Shown here one piece after another: positions 1 through 9,026 of a stretch of 64,000 bases of DNA; the stretch's first letter is position 1; each line of letters opens with the position of its first letter. Under the pieces are notes generated by a model. That model did not search any database. It was not told the DNA's origin and worked only from the letters and a program-made list of their open reading frames with translations. A program made the translations under genes and the position numbers. Source of the DNA: an uncultured Desulfovibrio sp. (lineage in GTDB: Bacteria; Desulfobacterota; Desulfovibrionia; Desulfovibrionales; Desulfovibrionaceae); contig CAKTDV010000009.1 in assembly GCA_934546745.1 (NCBI GenBank), positions 16,070 through 80,069 on the forward strand. The letters run 5' to 3'.

Positions 1-1
1 C

Positions 2-76
2 AAGCCCGGACCTGTGGCCCCTCTGTTACGGGAGGAAATGCTGCGCGCCATGCTCCGTGAGGGAGCCTCTTTCTGA
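2..76 (+). CDS. 3' end of an upstream ORF (partial, function unknown)
   Basis: The open frame entering the window reads ...KPGPVAPLLREEMLRAMLREGASF*. Its TGA (74-76) overlaps the next ATG (76-78) as TGATG, which suggests translational coupling. Too short to assign a function. Confidence 0.3.
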   Translation, partial: KPGPVAPLLREEMLRAMLREGASF

Positions 77-1308
77 TGCGCTGTCTGCTGCTGGCCCTGG
101 AAAATACGGAAGCGAGTCTTCTGGAGCGACGCATGGAGGCGCGTATGGCGTTGAACATAGCGCGCGTCATGCGGGACGGCGGCCGTATGGCTCCCTTCGT
201 TGTGTGCTCAAAAGGCGGTTTCCTGGACGCCGCCCTGCGTGAACAGAAAATACCCGGGATGGCGCTGGGAAGGGGGGGGGCGGCGGAGGTGCTGGCCGCC
301 CTGCGTCTGCGCTGGCACTGCCGCCACTGGCGAGGTGTGCTGATCCAGACCTTCGGCCAGGCTTCCGTCTCGCTCGGTACGGCAGTCCGCCGCCTACGTC
401 CAAAGGAAACAACGCTTCTGGCGCATGCCTTCCTTATGGCCCCTCCTTCTCGTACCCTCCTCCAGGGGCGCTGGCGGCGCAATCTTGCCGCGGCGGATTG
501 CATTTTCTGCGGTTCCGGGCACGTGCGGGAACGTCTTGCGGAACACAGCCTTGATGGGCCGACGCCGCAAGGGCCGGGAGAGCGCCGCCTGATCCCTCTG
601 CCGCCCGCCGTAGACAGTGAAAGCGCAAGCCTGTTGCGGAACGTCCCTGCCGTTGCGGAAGAAGGGCGGCGCTTTATCTTCTGTATGCGGGAAAGCCTGC
701 TTCCCCGTTCAGGGGCCGCGCTTGTGACACGCGCCATGGCCGCCCTATGGCAGCGTATGGATTTGCCGCCGTGGGAAGTGCGCCTCTACGGCGGTGGCGA
801 TCGCCTTATGGAGATTCTTGAAAAAGCGCGCTCTCTCGGCGTTGCGTCACGGCTTTCTCTGCTGGGAGAGCAGCATGACGACGTCATGGACGAGGCCCTG
901 CGGCGGGCGCATGCCTGGCTTGTGCCCGGCAGCTCGCCGGAGGAAGCGCCGGTGACGCTCTGGGCCGGACTGGCGGCCGGTATGCCGGCCATCGTCAGCC
1001 AGGGTGCGCTTCATGAGGAACGGTTGCGGGATTGTGGGGACGCCGTGCTGTTTTTTGAGGAGGGCAATCCGCAGGATCTGGCGGGAGCCATGATCAGGAT
1101 CATGCAGGATGCCTCCCTGCGGCGCGCGCTTTCCGGGCGTGGGCGCGAGGCGGTTCTGCGCCGCCTGCCGGACGACGCCGCCCGTGAGCTGTGCGTCTTT
1201 TTTGAAAAATGGTATACCCGGCGGGGCTGGGTCGCGCATCCTGAACAGAGCTCCGCCGTCCGGGAAAAAACGGGTGACGGCGATGAACGCGCCTCCTCTG
1301 GCGGTTAG
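76..1308 (+). CDS. Glycosyltransferase, GT1/GT4-like (Glycos_transf_1 C-terminal domain)
   Basis: 410-aa ORF. The C-terminal half has a GT-B pattern (...LLGEQHDDVMDEALRRAHAWLVPGSSPEEAPVTLWAGLAAGMPAIVS...), with an E-x7-E-like region. It contains a G9 tract at 272-280. Confidence 0.75.
   Translation: MRCLLLALENTEASLLERRMEARMALNIARVMRDGGRMAPFVVCSKGGFLDAALREQKIPGMALGRGGAAEVLAALRLRWHCRHWRGVLIQTFGQASVSLGTAVRRLRPKETTLLAHAFLMAPPSRTLLQGRWRRNLAAADCIFCGSGHVRERLAEHSLDGPTPQGPGERRLIPLPPAVDSESASLLRNVPAVAEEGRRFIFCMRESLLPRSGAALVTRAMAALWQRMDLPPWEVRLYGGGDRLMEILEKARSLGVASRLSLLGEQHDDVMDEALRRAHAWLVPGSSPEEAPVTLWAGLAAGMPAIVSQGALHEERLRDCGDAVLFFEEGNPQDLAGAMIRIMQDASLRRALSGRGREAVLRRLPDDAARELCVFFEKWYTRRGWVAHPEQSSAVREKTGDGDERASSGG
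272..280 (+). repeat. Homopolymeric G9 tract inside the glycosyltransferase CDS
   Basis: Read directly: a-ggggggggg-c, encoding ...GRGGA... This is the longest homopolymer I found in the window. Confidence 0.9.
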
Positions 1309-1576
1309 CCTTTCGTTGCGGCCACATCTTCGCGGTGAAGCCGCGCCCATTTTTTGAACACGACCGTTTCGGTCAAACCTCCCGTCGCGAGTCTTCATGT
1401 TTCCATCCTCAGTCGCCCCATCCGTCGACTGACACCGCACCCGACGGTGAGAGGTCGTGCGGCTTGCCTCTCCCTGAAGGGAGAGGCTGCGTAAAAGGTT
1501 TTTACCGGATTGACCAGTGTGTCAAGAAGCGCTTTTCCCCTGAAGGGGAAGGTTTCAGACCACAAAGGAAATTTTG

Positions 1577-2488
1577 ATGAAGTGCAAGATTTGTAAAGAA
1601 ACCGCTGTGGTCGCTCTCCGTAGTCATAATACGGCGTTCTGTGCCAGGTGTTACCTGGATTTTTTTGCGCGCCAGGTGGAGCGCGGTATCGAAAGCCAGA
1701 AGCTGTTTACCCGTGAGGAAAAGATCCTCGTGGCGCTTTCCGGCGGCAAGGATTCGCTGGGGCTCATGCTTGAGCTGGCGCGTCAGGGCTACAACGTGAC
1801 TGGTCTGCATATCGATTTGGGCATTCCCGGCTCTTCTCCGGCGGCGCGGGGTGTCGTGGAGCGTTTTTGCGCCCGGCACAATCTGAAACTCATGGTGAAG
1901 GAGATGGCGGCGGAAGGTCTGGCCATTCCCCAGGTCAAGGCGCGTCTCAGACGCCCCGTATGTTCGGTCTGCGGCAAGATCAAGCGGCATTTCTTCAACA
2001 GGGCGGCTCTGGACGGCGGTTTTGACGCGCTGGCGACAGGACATAATCTGGATGACGAGGCAGCCCGTCTTTTCAGCAATACGCTTCGCTGGGATACGGC
2101 CTACCTCTCGGATCAGGGACCCCGCCTGGACGGCGAAGATGGCTTTGCCCGCAAGGTCAAGCCGCTGTGGCGCCTGACGGAATTTGAAACGGCCAACTAT
2201 GCCTTTCTCATGGGGATTGAACATCACTACGCGCCGTGCCCCTACAGCCCCGGCGCGAGTTTCACTACCCTCAAGGGGCTGTTGCAACGTCTTGAAGCCG
2301 CCATGCCAGGGCGTAAACTGGACTTTTATCAGGGCTTTCTCAAGCGTGGGCGGCCTGTCTTCGCCCGTCGGGAGGCGGAGGAGGGAGAAACGCTTTCGCC
2401 CTGTCTGTCCTGCGGGTATCCCACGTCTTCAGGTGATATCTGCGGCGTATGCCGTATCCGTGAAGCCCTGAAGGAGATGGGCGCGTGA
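1577..2488 (+). CDS. PP-loop ATP pyrophosphatase, TtuA/Ncs6-like tRNA 2-thiolation enzyme
   Basis: N-terminal Zn-ribbon CKIC...CARC, PP-loop SGGKDS, central CSVCGK and C-terminal CLSC...CGVC. The ATG at 1577 lies 6 nt after AAAGGAA. The track ORF starts one codon earlier, at TTG 1574. Confidence 0.8.
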   Translation: MKCKICKETAVVALRSHNTAFCARCYLDFFARQVERGIESQKLFTREEKILVALSGGKDSLGLMLELARQGYNVTGLHIDLGIPGSSPAARGVVERFCARHNLKLMVKEMAAEGLAIPQVKARLRRPVCSVCGKIKRHFFNRAALDGGFDALATGHNLDDEAARLFSNTLRWDTAYLSDQGPRLDGEDGFARKVKPLWRLTEFETANYAFLMGIEHHYAPCPYSPGASFTTLKGLLQRLEAAMPGRKLDFYQGFLKRGRPVFARREAEEGETLSPCLSCGYPTSSGDICGVCRIREALKEMGA

Positions 2489-3159
2489 ATCTGTGGCAAA
2501 AAATTCTGCGTTGCGGCGGTCTGACGCCGGGCAACGTTATTTCCTACCTCTCTCTGCAACATATGTATTTCTGGGGGAAGGTGCTGGGTACGCTGCGTCT
2601 GCGTTGCAAAGCCGTGCTGCTGGGGGTGCGCCTCGGCCAGGGGGTGCGAGCGCATGGCCCCGTCGGGCTGCTGCGCTGGCCCGGCAGCCACATTGAAATA
2701 GGCGATGGCGTCAGCATCATTTCCTCGTGGCGGCGATCGACTGCCTGCACGTTGGCGGCTCCTACGCGCCTGCGTACCTTTGGCCCAAAGGCAGTCATCA
2801 GCATCGGGGCCGCCTGTGAATTGTCAGGAACCTCCATTGCTGTGCGTTCCACCGCGGTCACATTGGGACGGCAGGTGCTGGTAGGCCCTCATTGTGTTAT
2901 TACGGATGCGGATTTTCATGCGCCGTGGCCTCCCGAAGATCGGGCGGTATCCCCCGGCATGGATCGTGATCGCCCCGTGTGCATCGATGACTACGTTTGG
3001 ATTGGCATGAACTGTCAGATACTCAAGGGCGTTCATATCGGGCGCGGCGCCATTATTGGCGCGGGCAGCGTGGTAACGCGCGATGTCCCTCCCTTCTGCC
3101 TGGCGGCAGGGAATCCCGCACGTGTTATTCGAGTACTGGAAGGTAAAGAGGAAAGATAG
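2485..3159 (+). CDS. Left-handed beta-helix (hexapeptide-repeat) acetyl/acyltransferase
   Basis: Hexapeptide repeats (...VWIGMNCQILKGVHIGRGAIIGAGSVVTRDVPPFCLAAGNPARVIR). The GTG start overlaps the upstream stop (GTGA), and AAGGAG lies 8 nt upstream. Confidence 0.8.
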   Translation: MNLWQKILRCGGLTPGNVISYLSLQHMYFWGKVLGTLRLRCKAVLLGVRLGQGVRAHGPVGLLRWPGSHIEIGDGVSIISSWRRSTACTLAAPTRLRTFGPKAVISIGAACELSGTSIAVRSTAVTLGRQVLVGPHCVITDADFHAPWPPEDRAVSPGMDRDRPVCIDDYVWIGMNCQILKGVHIGRGAIIGAGSVVTRDVPPFCLAAGNPARVIRVLEGKEER

Positions 3160-3202
3160 ATCCTTGGGGTGAATGTTTCCCGTGGAACAATTGAATACAA
3201 TG

Positions 3203-3259
3203 AAAAGAGCCCCTCTTTTTTGCCGTTAAACGCGCGGGGAAAGAGAGGCTCTTTTTTTT
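3203..3259. terminator. Bidirectional hairpin terminator between convergent genes
   Basis: AAAAGAGCCCCTCTTTT ... AAAGAGAGGCTCTTTTTTTT. An imperfect inverted repeat with T-runs on both strands, lying between the acetyltransferase stop and the thrC stop. Confidence 0.5.
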
Positions 3260-3262
3260 ATC

Positions 3263-4708
3263 CTATTTTTTGTGCAGGCCCAGTTGCGCGACAACGGCTT
3301 CCGCCCCGATGCGGGCGTATTCCGCAATGTCTTTGCCTTCACGGGCATTGTCCGGGAGGAGCAGTACAGGTGTGTTGGCAAGTTCCGGACGGGGATGTAC
3401 GCCATAGGCCGCGGGGAACGTATTATGGAAATACATGTCCTGGAAGCCGGAGAATTTCAGGCTGTGGGCTGTGGCATCCAGTACCGCATGTTCGTTGGCG
3501 TCAATAAGCTTGAGGGCCTTGGCGTTGCGCAGGCCCGCAAGGCATTCCCCACCCTGCGTGCAGGCAATATGGCCGTGACGGTTGGCTTCGATCATGGCGT
3601 CCATAATTTGCTGTTCCGTCACCTGAACAACCTGGAAGGCGCGCTCACCGCCCGCCTCGATGAAGCGTTGGGCAAGTGCCTTGACGCGAGGGAAGGAAAC
3701 GGGATTTCCAATCATGGCGGCCTGCGCCACACTTGGTGTGACGCTTACGGGAGCCCATGTGCGTTGATTCGCCGGAGCGGCATAATAGCGGTAGACGGGG
3801 TCGGCATGTTCGCTCTGGACGCCGAAGATGCGCGGCAGGCTGGTGATAATGTCCAAATCCAGCATCTTGAGGAAACCGCACATGATGGCGGTAATATTGC
3901 CCGCATTGCCTATGGGCACAAAAAGACAAAGATCCGACGCGTCCCAGCCGTACCACTGTGCGACTTCATAGGCGTAGGATTCCTGTCCGAGAATGCGCCA
4001 GCTGTTTTTGGAGTTGAGCAGCGCCACGCGGTAATGTTCGGCCAGATGCTCCACGACCTTCATGCAGTCGTCAAAGACGCCGGGCAGTTCCAGCACTTTT
4101 GCGCCGCTGCCCAGAGGCTGTGAAAGCTGTTGCGGCGTCACCTTGCCATGCGGCAGCAGCACTACGGATGTGAGCGGCGCGCCGACATAGGACGCATAGA
4201 GCGCGGCGGCGGCGGAGGTGTCGCCGGTGGAGGCGCAGACCGTCAGTATTTCTTCCCAGTTGTGGCGGCGGCAGAGCCATTTCAGGTAGCTGAAGGCGCA
4301 GGCCATGCCTCTGTCCTTGAATGAGGCGCTGGGATTCTGGCCGTCGTTCTTGTAGGCAAAGGGGATGCCGATCTGATCCCGAAGCGCGGGGGCGGCTTCG
4401 ATGATGGGGGTGAGCCCTTCGCCCAGATAGACGATATCTTCCTCGTCCATCAGCGGTGCCAGCAATTCATAGTAGCGGAAAATGCCGCGCAGCGCCGTGG
4501 AGCGCGTTGCCGCGCGACCGTCGAACAGGGCGCGCCACTGTTCTCCACTGGTGGCGCGCAACGCGTCAAACCGGGTGTTTTCCAGCAGGAAGACACCCCC
4601 GCAATCAGGGCAGGTATAGAGCAGGCTGTCTCCGGGGCGGCGTGTGCCGCAGCCGAGGCAGACATATTCCATGTTGCCCCTGTAGGACGGAAAATCATGG
4701 TGGTTCAC
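3263..4708 (-). CDS. thrC: Threonine synthase (long form with N-terminal Zn-ribbon)
   Basis: CLGCG...CPDCGG ribbon and a PLP-lysine motif SFKDRG. 481 aa counted from the GTG. An alternative ATG start (MEYVCLGCG) at 4672 is possible. Confidence 0.9.
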   Translation of the reverse strand: MNHHDFPSYRGNMEYVCLGCGTRRPGDSLLYTCPDCGGVFLLENTRFDALRATSGEQWRALFDGRAATRSTALRGIFRYYELLAPLMDEEDIVYLGEGLTPIIEAAPALRDQIGIPFAYKNDGQNPSASFKDRGMACAFSYLKWLCRRHNWEEILTVCASTGDTSAAAALYASYVGAPLTSVVLLPHGKVTPQQLSQPLGSGAKVLELPGVFDDCMKVVEHLAEHYRVALLNSKNSWRILGQESYAYEVAQWYGWDASDLCLFVPIGNAGNITAIMCGFLKMLDLDIITSLPRIFGVQSEHADPVYRYYAAPANQRTWAPVSVTPSVAQAAMIGNPVSFPRVKALAQRFIEAGGERAFQVVQVTEQQIMDAMIEANRHGHIACTQGGECLAGLRNAKALKLIDANEHAVLDATAHSLKFSGFQDMYFHNTFPAAYGVHPRPELANTPVLLLPDNAREGKDIAEYARIGAEAVVAQLGLHKK

Positions 4709-4779
4709 AGAACAAAACTCCTTGCCCTCCGGAAATGCCTGGCAACGCCCGTTGCCAGCTCTCGAAGGGCCTTCCGGGA

Positions 4780-7092
4780 TTAGTGGCGGTTATAGAAGTT
4801 GATCAGGCAGCCATCAAGGATAATCTGCCGCTCATCGTCCGTCAGCCCGCTGAGGGTAAAGTTCAGCGGCTGTGCGGATGCGCCGCCGGCGGGCAGCAGC
4901 CAGCCCTGGATGCGTTCCTGTTTTTCCGCAATCGCCTTGCGGATATGCGGCAGGGCGATGACGTCGTCCACATGCAGGCGTTGCGCCAGATCGGCATCCG
5001 CAATGAGGGGCAGCATTCCCCAGTTGATAAGGTTGGAGCGGTAGCGCTTGGTGGCGTATTCCGCGGCAAGGTTGGCCCAGCCGCCCAGAACCTTCTGGCA
5101 GGAGGCGGCCTGTTCGCGGGCGGATCCGTCGCCCGGCTTCAGGGCGAAGATGGTGGAACCGATGCCCGTATCCGCGAGGGAGGAACCGCAGAGGGCGGCA
5201 TAGGCGGCGGCATCGGCGCTGTTGAGGGCCGCGCACAGAGCCCGCACATTGTCCAGCAGGGCGGCGTCGGCGGCATTGGCAAGGCGGGCCGTTTCCAGCG
5301 CCTGGGTCGCCTTCGCGCGGCCCACATACGCCGGATCCTTGCGGGACAGCGTGAATTCAGAGAGGCGCAGCGGGTTGGAGCGCAGGGACGAGGTTTCGCC
5401 AGAGGGAATCAGTTCGTCCGTTGTCGTGACGGGATCGGTAATGACGGAAGCCACCTTGAGCAGCAGGTGTTCTGTCAGCGGACTCATATGCGGCCAGTCG
5501 GTGATGTTGGGGCCGAATTGGAGTTCTGTTTCCGGCTTTGGCTGATTGTAGCCGTTATAGACGCGGCGGGCATAGAGGTTTGCGTCAAAATCATACGTCA
5601 GATCGGGGTTGAGGCGGGGATCCGTCCAGTCAAGATCGGTGGCGGGAGTGAGCCTGCCCCCGTTGGCCGCTGTGGCCGCGATGGAACGGGCGTCCATGAG
5701 CGCGACGGCGCTGGCCTGTCCGTTGCCGGGCTTGGAGCCTTCGCGGTTGGGAAAGTTGCGCGTGGAGTGGCGGATGGACAGCGCGCCGTGCGCGGGCGTA
5801 TCCCCCGCGCCGAAGCAGGGGCCGCAGAAGGCGTTCTTGATGATGGCGCCCGCCGCCATGAGTTTCGCCGCGGCGCCGTTACGGACAAGAGCGAGGGACT
5901 GCGGTTCGCTGGCCGGGTAGACGGAGAGAGAGAACGCGCCGTTGCCCGTGCTTTGGCCGTCGAGGATGGCGGAGGCCAGCATGCAGTTTTCAAAGGAGCC
6001 CCCCGCGCAACCGGCGATGACGCCCTGATCCGTCCAGACGCCGCCGTCGTGCATCTTGGCGCGCAGGCGCAATCCTTCGCCCGCCTTTCCGAATTGCCTG
6101 TGTGCCTCCTCTTCCGCCGTGGCCAGCAGATCGCCGGCATGGCGGAGGAATTCCGCAATGGGGTAAGCGTTGCTGGGGTGGAAGGGAAGGGCGATCATGG
6201 GTTGTACGGCGGCAAGATCGATGCGGATCAGACGGTCGTAGCAGGCGGGGGCTTCGAGCTTCAGCTCCGTATAGTCTCCCGCGCGGCCGTGCAGGGTCAG
6301 ATAGTCGCGTACCTTGCCATCCGTGCGCCAGATGGAGGAGAGACAGGTCGTTTCCGTCGTCATGACATCAATACCGCAGCGGTACTCCACAGAAAGTCCG
6401 TCCACGCCGGGGCCGGCAAATTCCATGACGCGATTTTTGACGAAACCGTTTTTGAAGACGGCGCGGATGATGGCCAGGGCCACATCCTGCGGGCCGACGC
6501 CGGGCTGCGGCGTATTTTCCAGCCAGACGAGGACGACTTCCGGGGCGCTCACGTCGTAGGTCTTGCCGAGGAGCTGTTTGACCAGTTCGGGGCCGCCTTC
6601 GCCGATGGCCATGGAGCCCAGCGCGCCGTAGCGGGTGTGGCTGTCCGAACCGAGAATCATTTTGCCGCAACCGGCCAGCATTTCACGGGCATACTGATGG
6701 ATGACGGCCATATGTGGCGGAACGAAGATGCCGCCGTATTTCTGGGCGGCTGTGAGCCCGAACAGATGGTCGTCCTCATTGATGGTGCCGCCTACGGCGC
6801 ACAGGCTGTTATGGCAGTTGGTGAGGGCGTAGGGCATGGGGAAGCGCTCAAGACCGCTGGCGCGGGCCGTCTGTATGATGCCCACATAGGTGATGTCGTG
6901 CGAGGCCAGCGCGTCGAAACGCAGGCGCAGGGTACCGTCCCGCGCTGTGGAGGTGTCGTGTGCGGCAAGGATGCGGTGCGCAAGCGTGTTGTTGCGGGCC
7001 TGCGCGGTATCGATGCCGCGCGCGGCGGCCTCGCCGGAGGAAAGCAGGGCGTCGCCGTCAACGATGACGGCATTGTCGTCAAGCTGGATCAT
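4780..7092 (-). CDS. Aconitase-family hydratase (putative aconitate hydratase, ~770 aa type)
   Basis: Motifs GSDSHT, CGPCFG and IRHSTRNFPNREG, plus a C-terminal swivel domain (...PGDGSAREQAA...). It lies next to icd and a citrate-synthase-like gene. Confidence 0.85.
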   Translation of the reverse strand: MIQLDDNAVIVDGDALLSSGEAAARGIDTAQARNNTLAHRILAAHDTSTARDGTLRLRFDALASHDITYVGIIQTARASGLERFPMPYALTNCHNSLCAVGGTINEDDHLFGLTAAQKYGGIFVPPHMAVIHQYAREMLAGCGKMILGSDSHTRYGALGSMAIGEGGPELVKQLLGKTYDVSAPEVVLVWLENTPQPGVGPQDVALAIIRAVFKNGFVKNRVMEFAGPGVDGLSVEYRCGIDVMTTETTCLSSIWRTDGKVRDYLTLHGRAGDYTELKLEAPACYDRLIRIDLAAVQPMIALPFHPSNAYPIAEFLRHAGDLLATAEEEAHRQFGKAGEGLRLRAKMHDGGVWTDQGVIAGCAGGSFENCMLASAILDGQSTGNGAFSLSVYPASEPQSLALVRNGAAAKLMAAGAIIKNAFCGPCFGAGDTPAHGALSIRHSTRNFPNREGSKPGNGQASAVALMDARSIAATAANGGRLTPATDLDWTDPRLNPDLTYDFDANLYARRVYNGYNQPKPETELQFGPNITDWPHMSPLTEHLLLKVASVITDPVTTTDELIPSGETSSLRSNPLRLSEFTLSRKDPAYVGRAKATQALETARLANAADAALLDNVRALCAALNSADAAAYAALCGSSLADTGIGSTIFALKPGDGSAREQAASCQKVLGGWANLAAEYATKRYRSNLINWGMLPLIADADLAQRLHVDDVIALPHIRKAIAEKQERIQGWLLPAGGASAQPLNFTLSGLTDDERQIILDGCLINFYNRH

Positions 7093-7131
7093 GGGGAAAT
7101 CCTTTGCGGAAAAGGGTTGCGCGGGGACACA

Positions 7132-7782
7132 TCAGCAGTGCCTGCCCGCGTGGAAGAAAAACAGCAGCGCCGCGCACAGCAGGAACACGCAGCCCGCGCC
7201 CAGATGCAGCCGCCGCTGAAAGAGGGGACTCGAAAAGACGCGGCGAAGCCGGGAGAGCAGCCATGCCAGCGTACTGAACCAGATCAGGCAGAGCAGAGAC
7301 AGTGTGCCGCCCAGCGCCAGAAACTGCGGCCAGAGGGGTGCCGTATGCGTCATGAACTGCGGCAGCAGCGTCAGGAAGGAAAGAACGGCCTTGGGATTCA
7401 GCGCGTTGGTCAGAAAGCCCTGCCGGAACGCCGCGCCGCGCGTCATGAGGGGGGCGGGCGGAGGCGTGCCGTCGTGGGTGTGGGCGACAGTGCCGGCCAT
7501 GCGCAGCCCGTGTCGGAGGGAGGCGAGGCCGATCCAGACAAGATAGGCCATGCCCGCGTATGTCAGAAGGCCGAAGAGCGAAGGTGAGGCGGCAATGATG
7601 GCGGAAAGCCCGATCATGGCGGCGCAGGTGTGCAGAAGAATACCGCAGGCCACGCCCAGCGCGGCGGCCTGTCCGCGTGCGCGGCCCTCGGCAAGCGCTA
7701 TGCGCAGGATCAGAACGAAGTCCGGCCCGGGCAGAACGACCATCAGGGCCGCTACGGGAACAAAGAGAATAAGCGCGTCCAT
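7132..7782 (-). CDS. LysE/RhtB-family amino-acid exporter
   Basis: 216 aa with about 6 TM segments. The N-terminus ...VVLPGPDFVLIL... is typical of the LysE family. Confidence 0.8.
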   Translation of the reverse strand: MDALILFVPVAALMVVLPGPDFVLILRIALAEGRARGQAAALGVACGILLHTCAAMIGLSAIIAASPSLFGLLTYAGMAYLVWIGLASLRHGLRMAGTVAHTHDGTPPPAPLMTRGAAFRQGFLTNALNPKAVLSFLTLLPQFMTHTAPLWPQFLALGGTLSLLCLIWFSTLAWLLSRLRRVFSSPLFQRRLHLGAGCVFLLCAALLFFFHAGRHC

Positions 7783-7830
7783 CTGCGGGGAAAAAGCGGG
7801 GGGAGCGCCGGAAGCTTCCCCCGTCTTCCA

Positions 7831-8970
7831 CTAGAGGTTTTCGCCGATGATGTCGCCAAAAGCGCGGCAGCCCACGACCTTGGCCCCATCCACCTGCGCG
7901 GCGAGATCCACGGTCACGGCCCCGTTGCCAATGGCCTTTGCCACCGCATTGCGGATGCGTTCGGCCGCCTTCGGCACGCCGATATGCTCCAGCATGAGCG
8001 CACCGCAGAGGATGACGCTGCCGGGATTGGCCTTGTCCTGTCCGGCAATGGTGGGGGCTGTGCCGTGCGTGGCCTCATAGAAGGCCAGGGTATCGGACAT
8101 GTTGACGCCGGGAGCAAGGCCGAGGCCCCCCACCTGGGCGGCCAGCGCGTCGGAGAGGTAGTCGCCGTTGAGGTTTGGCGTGGCGATGACGGAATACTGT
8201 TCGGGGCGCAGCAGCGCCTCCTGGAACATGGCGTCCGCAATGCGATCCTTGACGACGAGTTTTCCGGGCGCGGCGTCCTTTTCCGTGCAGGTGCTGTCGC
8301 CGAATTCCTCGGCGGCCAGATCGTAGCCCCACTGGCGGAAAGCCCCCTCGGTGAACTTCATGATATTGCCCTTGTGGACAAGGGTCAGGCTGGAGCGGCC
8401 CGTATCCAGCGCAAAGCGCAGGGCCCGGCGCACAAGGCGTTTTGAACCCTGTTCCGTCATGGGTTTGATGCCCACGGCGGCGGTATCGCCGATTTTCGTC
8501 ACGCCCAGCTCGTCGCGCAGAAAGGCGATGAGCTTTCTGGCTTCGGGCGTGTTGGCCTGATACTCGATGCCGGCGTAGACGTCTTCCGTATTTTCACGGA
8601 AAATGACCATATCCACTTTTTCAGGGTGCTTGACCGGTGTCTGCAATCCTTCGAAATGACGCACGGGGCGGATGCAGGCATAGAGATCCAGCGTATGCCG
8701 CAGGGCCACGTTCAGGCTGCGCATACCGGTACCCACGGGAGTACCGAGGGGGCCCTTCATGGCCACAGCCGCGCCGCGCAGTGTCTGGACGGTTTCCTCA
8801 GGCAGAGGGTTGCCCGTTTCCTTCAGGGCCTTTTCCCCGGCCAGCAGCTCCACCCACTCGATGCGCATGTCGCTTTCCCTGGCCAGCGCGGCGTCAATGA
8901 CGGGCCGGGCGGCGTTCCAGATTTCCGGCCCGATGCCGTCGCCTTCGATCCAGTAGACAGTTTTTTTCAT
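7831..8970 (-). CDS. icd: NADP-isocitrate dehydrogenase
   Basis: YWIEGDGIGPEIW..., NLNGDYLSD and GTAP motifs. The start was moved to the second ATG (MKKT), which has AAGGA 7 nt upstream. Confidence 0.9.
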   Translation of the reverse strand: MKKTVYWIEGDGIGPEIWNAARPVIDAALARESDMRIEWVELLAGEKALKETGNPLPEETVQTLRGAAVAMKGPLGTPVGTGMRSLNVALRHTLDLYACIRPVRHFEGLQTPVKHPEKVDMVIFRENTEDVYAGIEYQANTPEARKLIAFLRDELGVTKIGDTAAVGIKPMTEQGSKRLVRRALRFALDTGRSSLTLVHKGNIMKFTEGAFRQWGYDLAAEEFGDSTCTEKDAAPGKLVVKDRIADAMFQEALLRPEQYSVIATPNLNGDYLSDALAAQVGGLGLAPGVNMSDTLAFYEATHGTAPTIAGQDKANPGSVILCGALMLEHIGVPKAAERIRNAVAKAIGNGAVTVDLAAQVDGAKVVGCRAFGDIIGENL

Positions 8971-9026
8971 CAACATATCCTTTATGGGTTGAAACCACCC
9001 CTCGCGGGGGCATGGGCGTCACCGCG

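Noticed and set aside
4456-7587. 1043-aa plus-strand ORF, the longest ORF in this part of the track.
   Set aside because: It runs antisense across the thrC start, the whole aconitase gene and the LysE gene. Its translation is Gly/Ala/Arg-rich low complexity with no motifs, whereas the opposite strand has clear enzyme motifs. This is a typical GC-rich shadow ORF.
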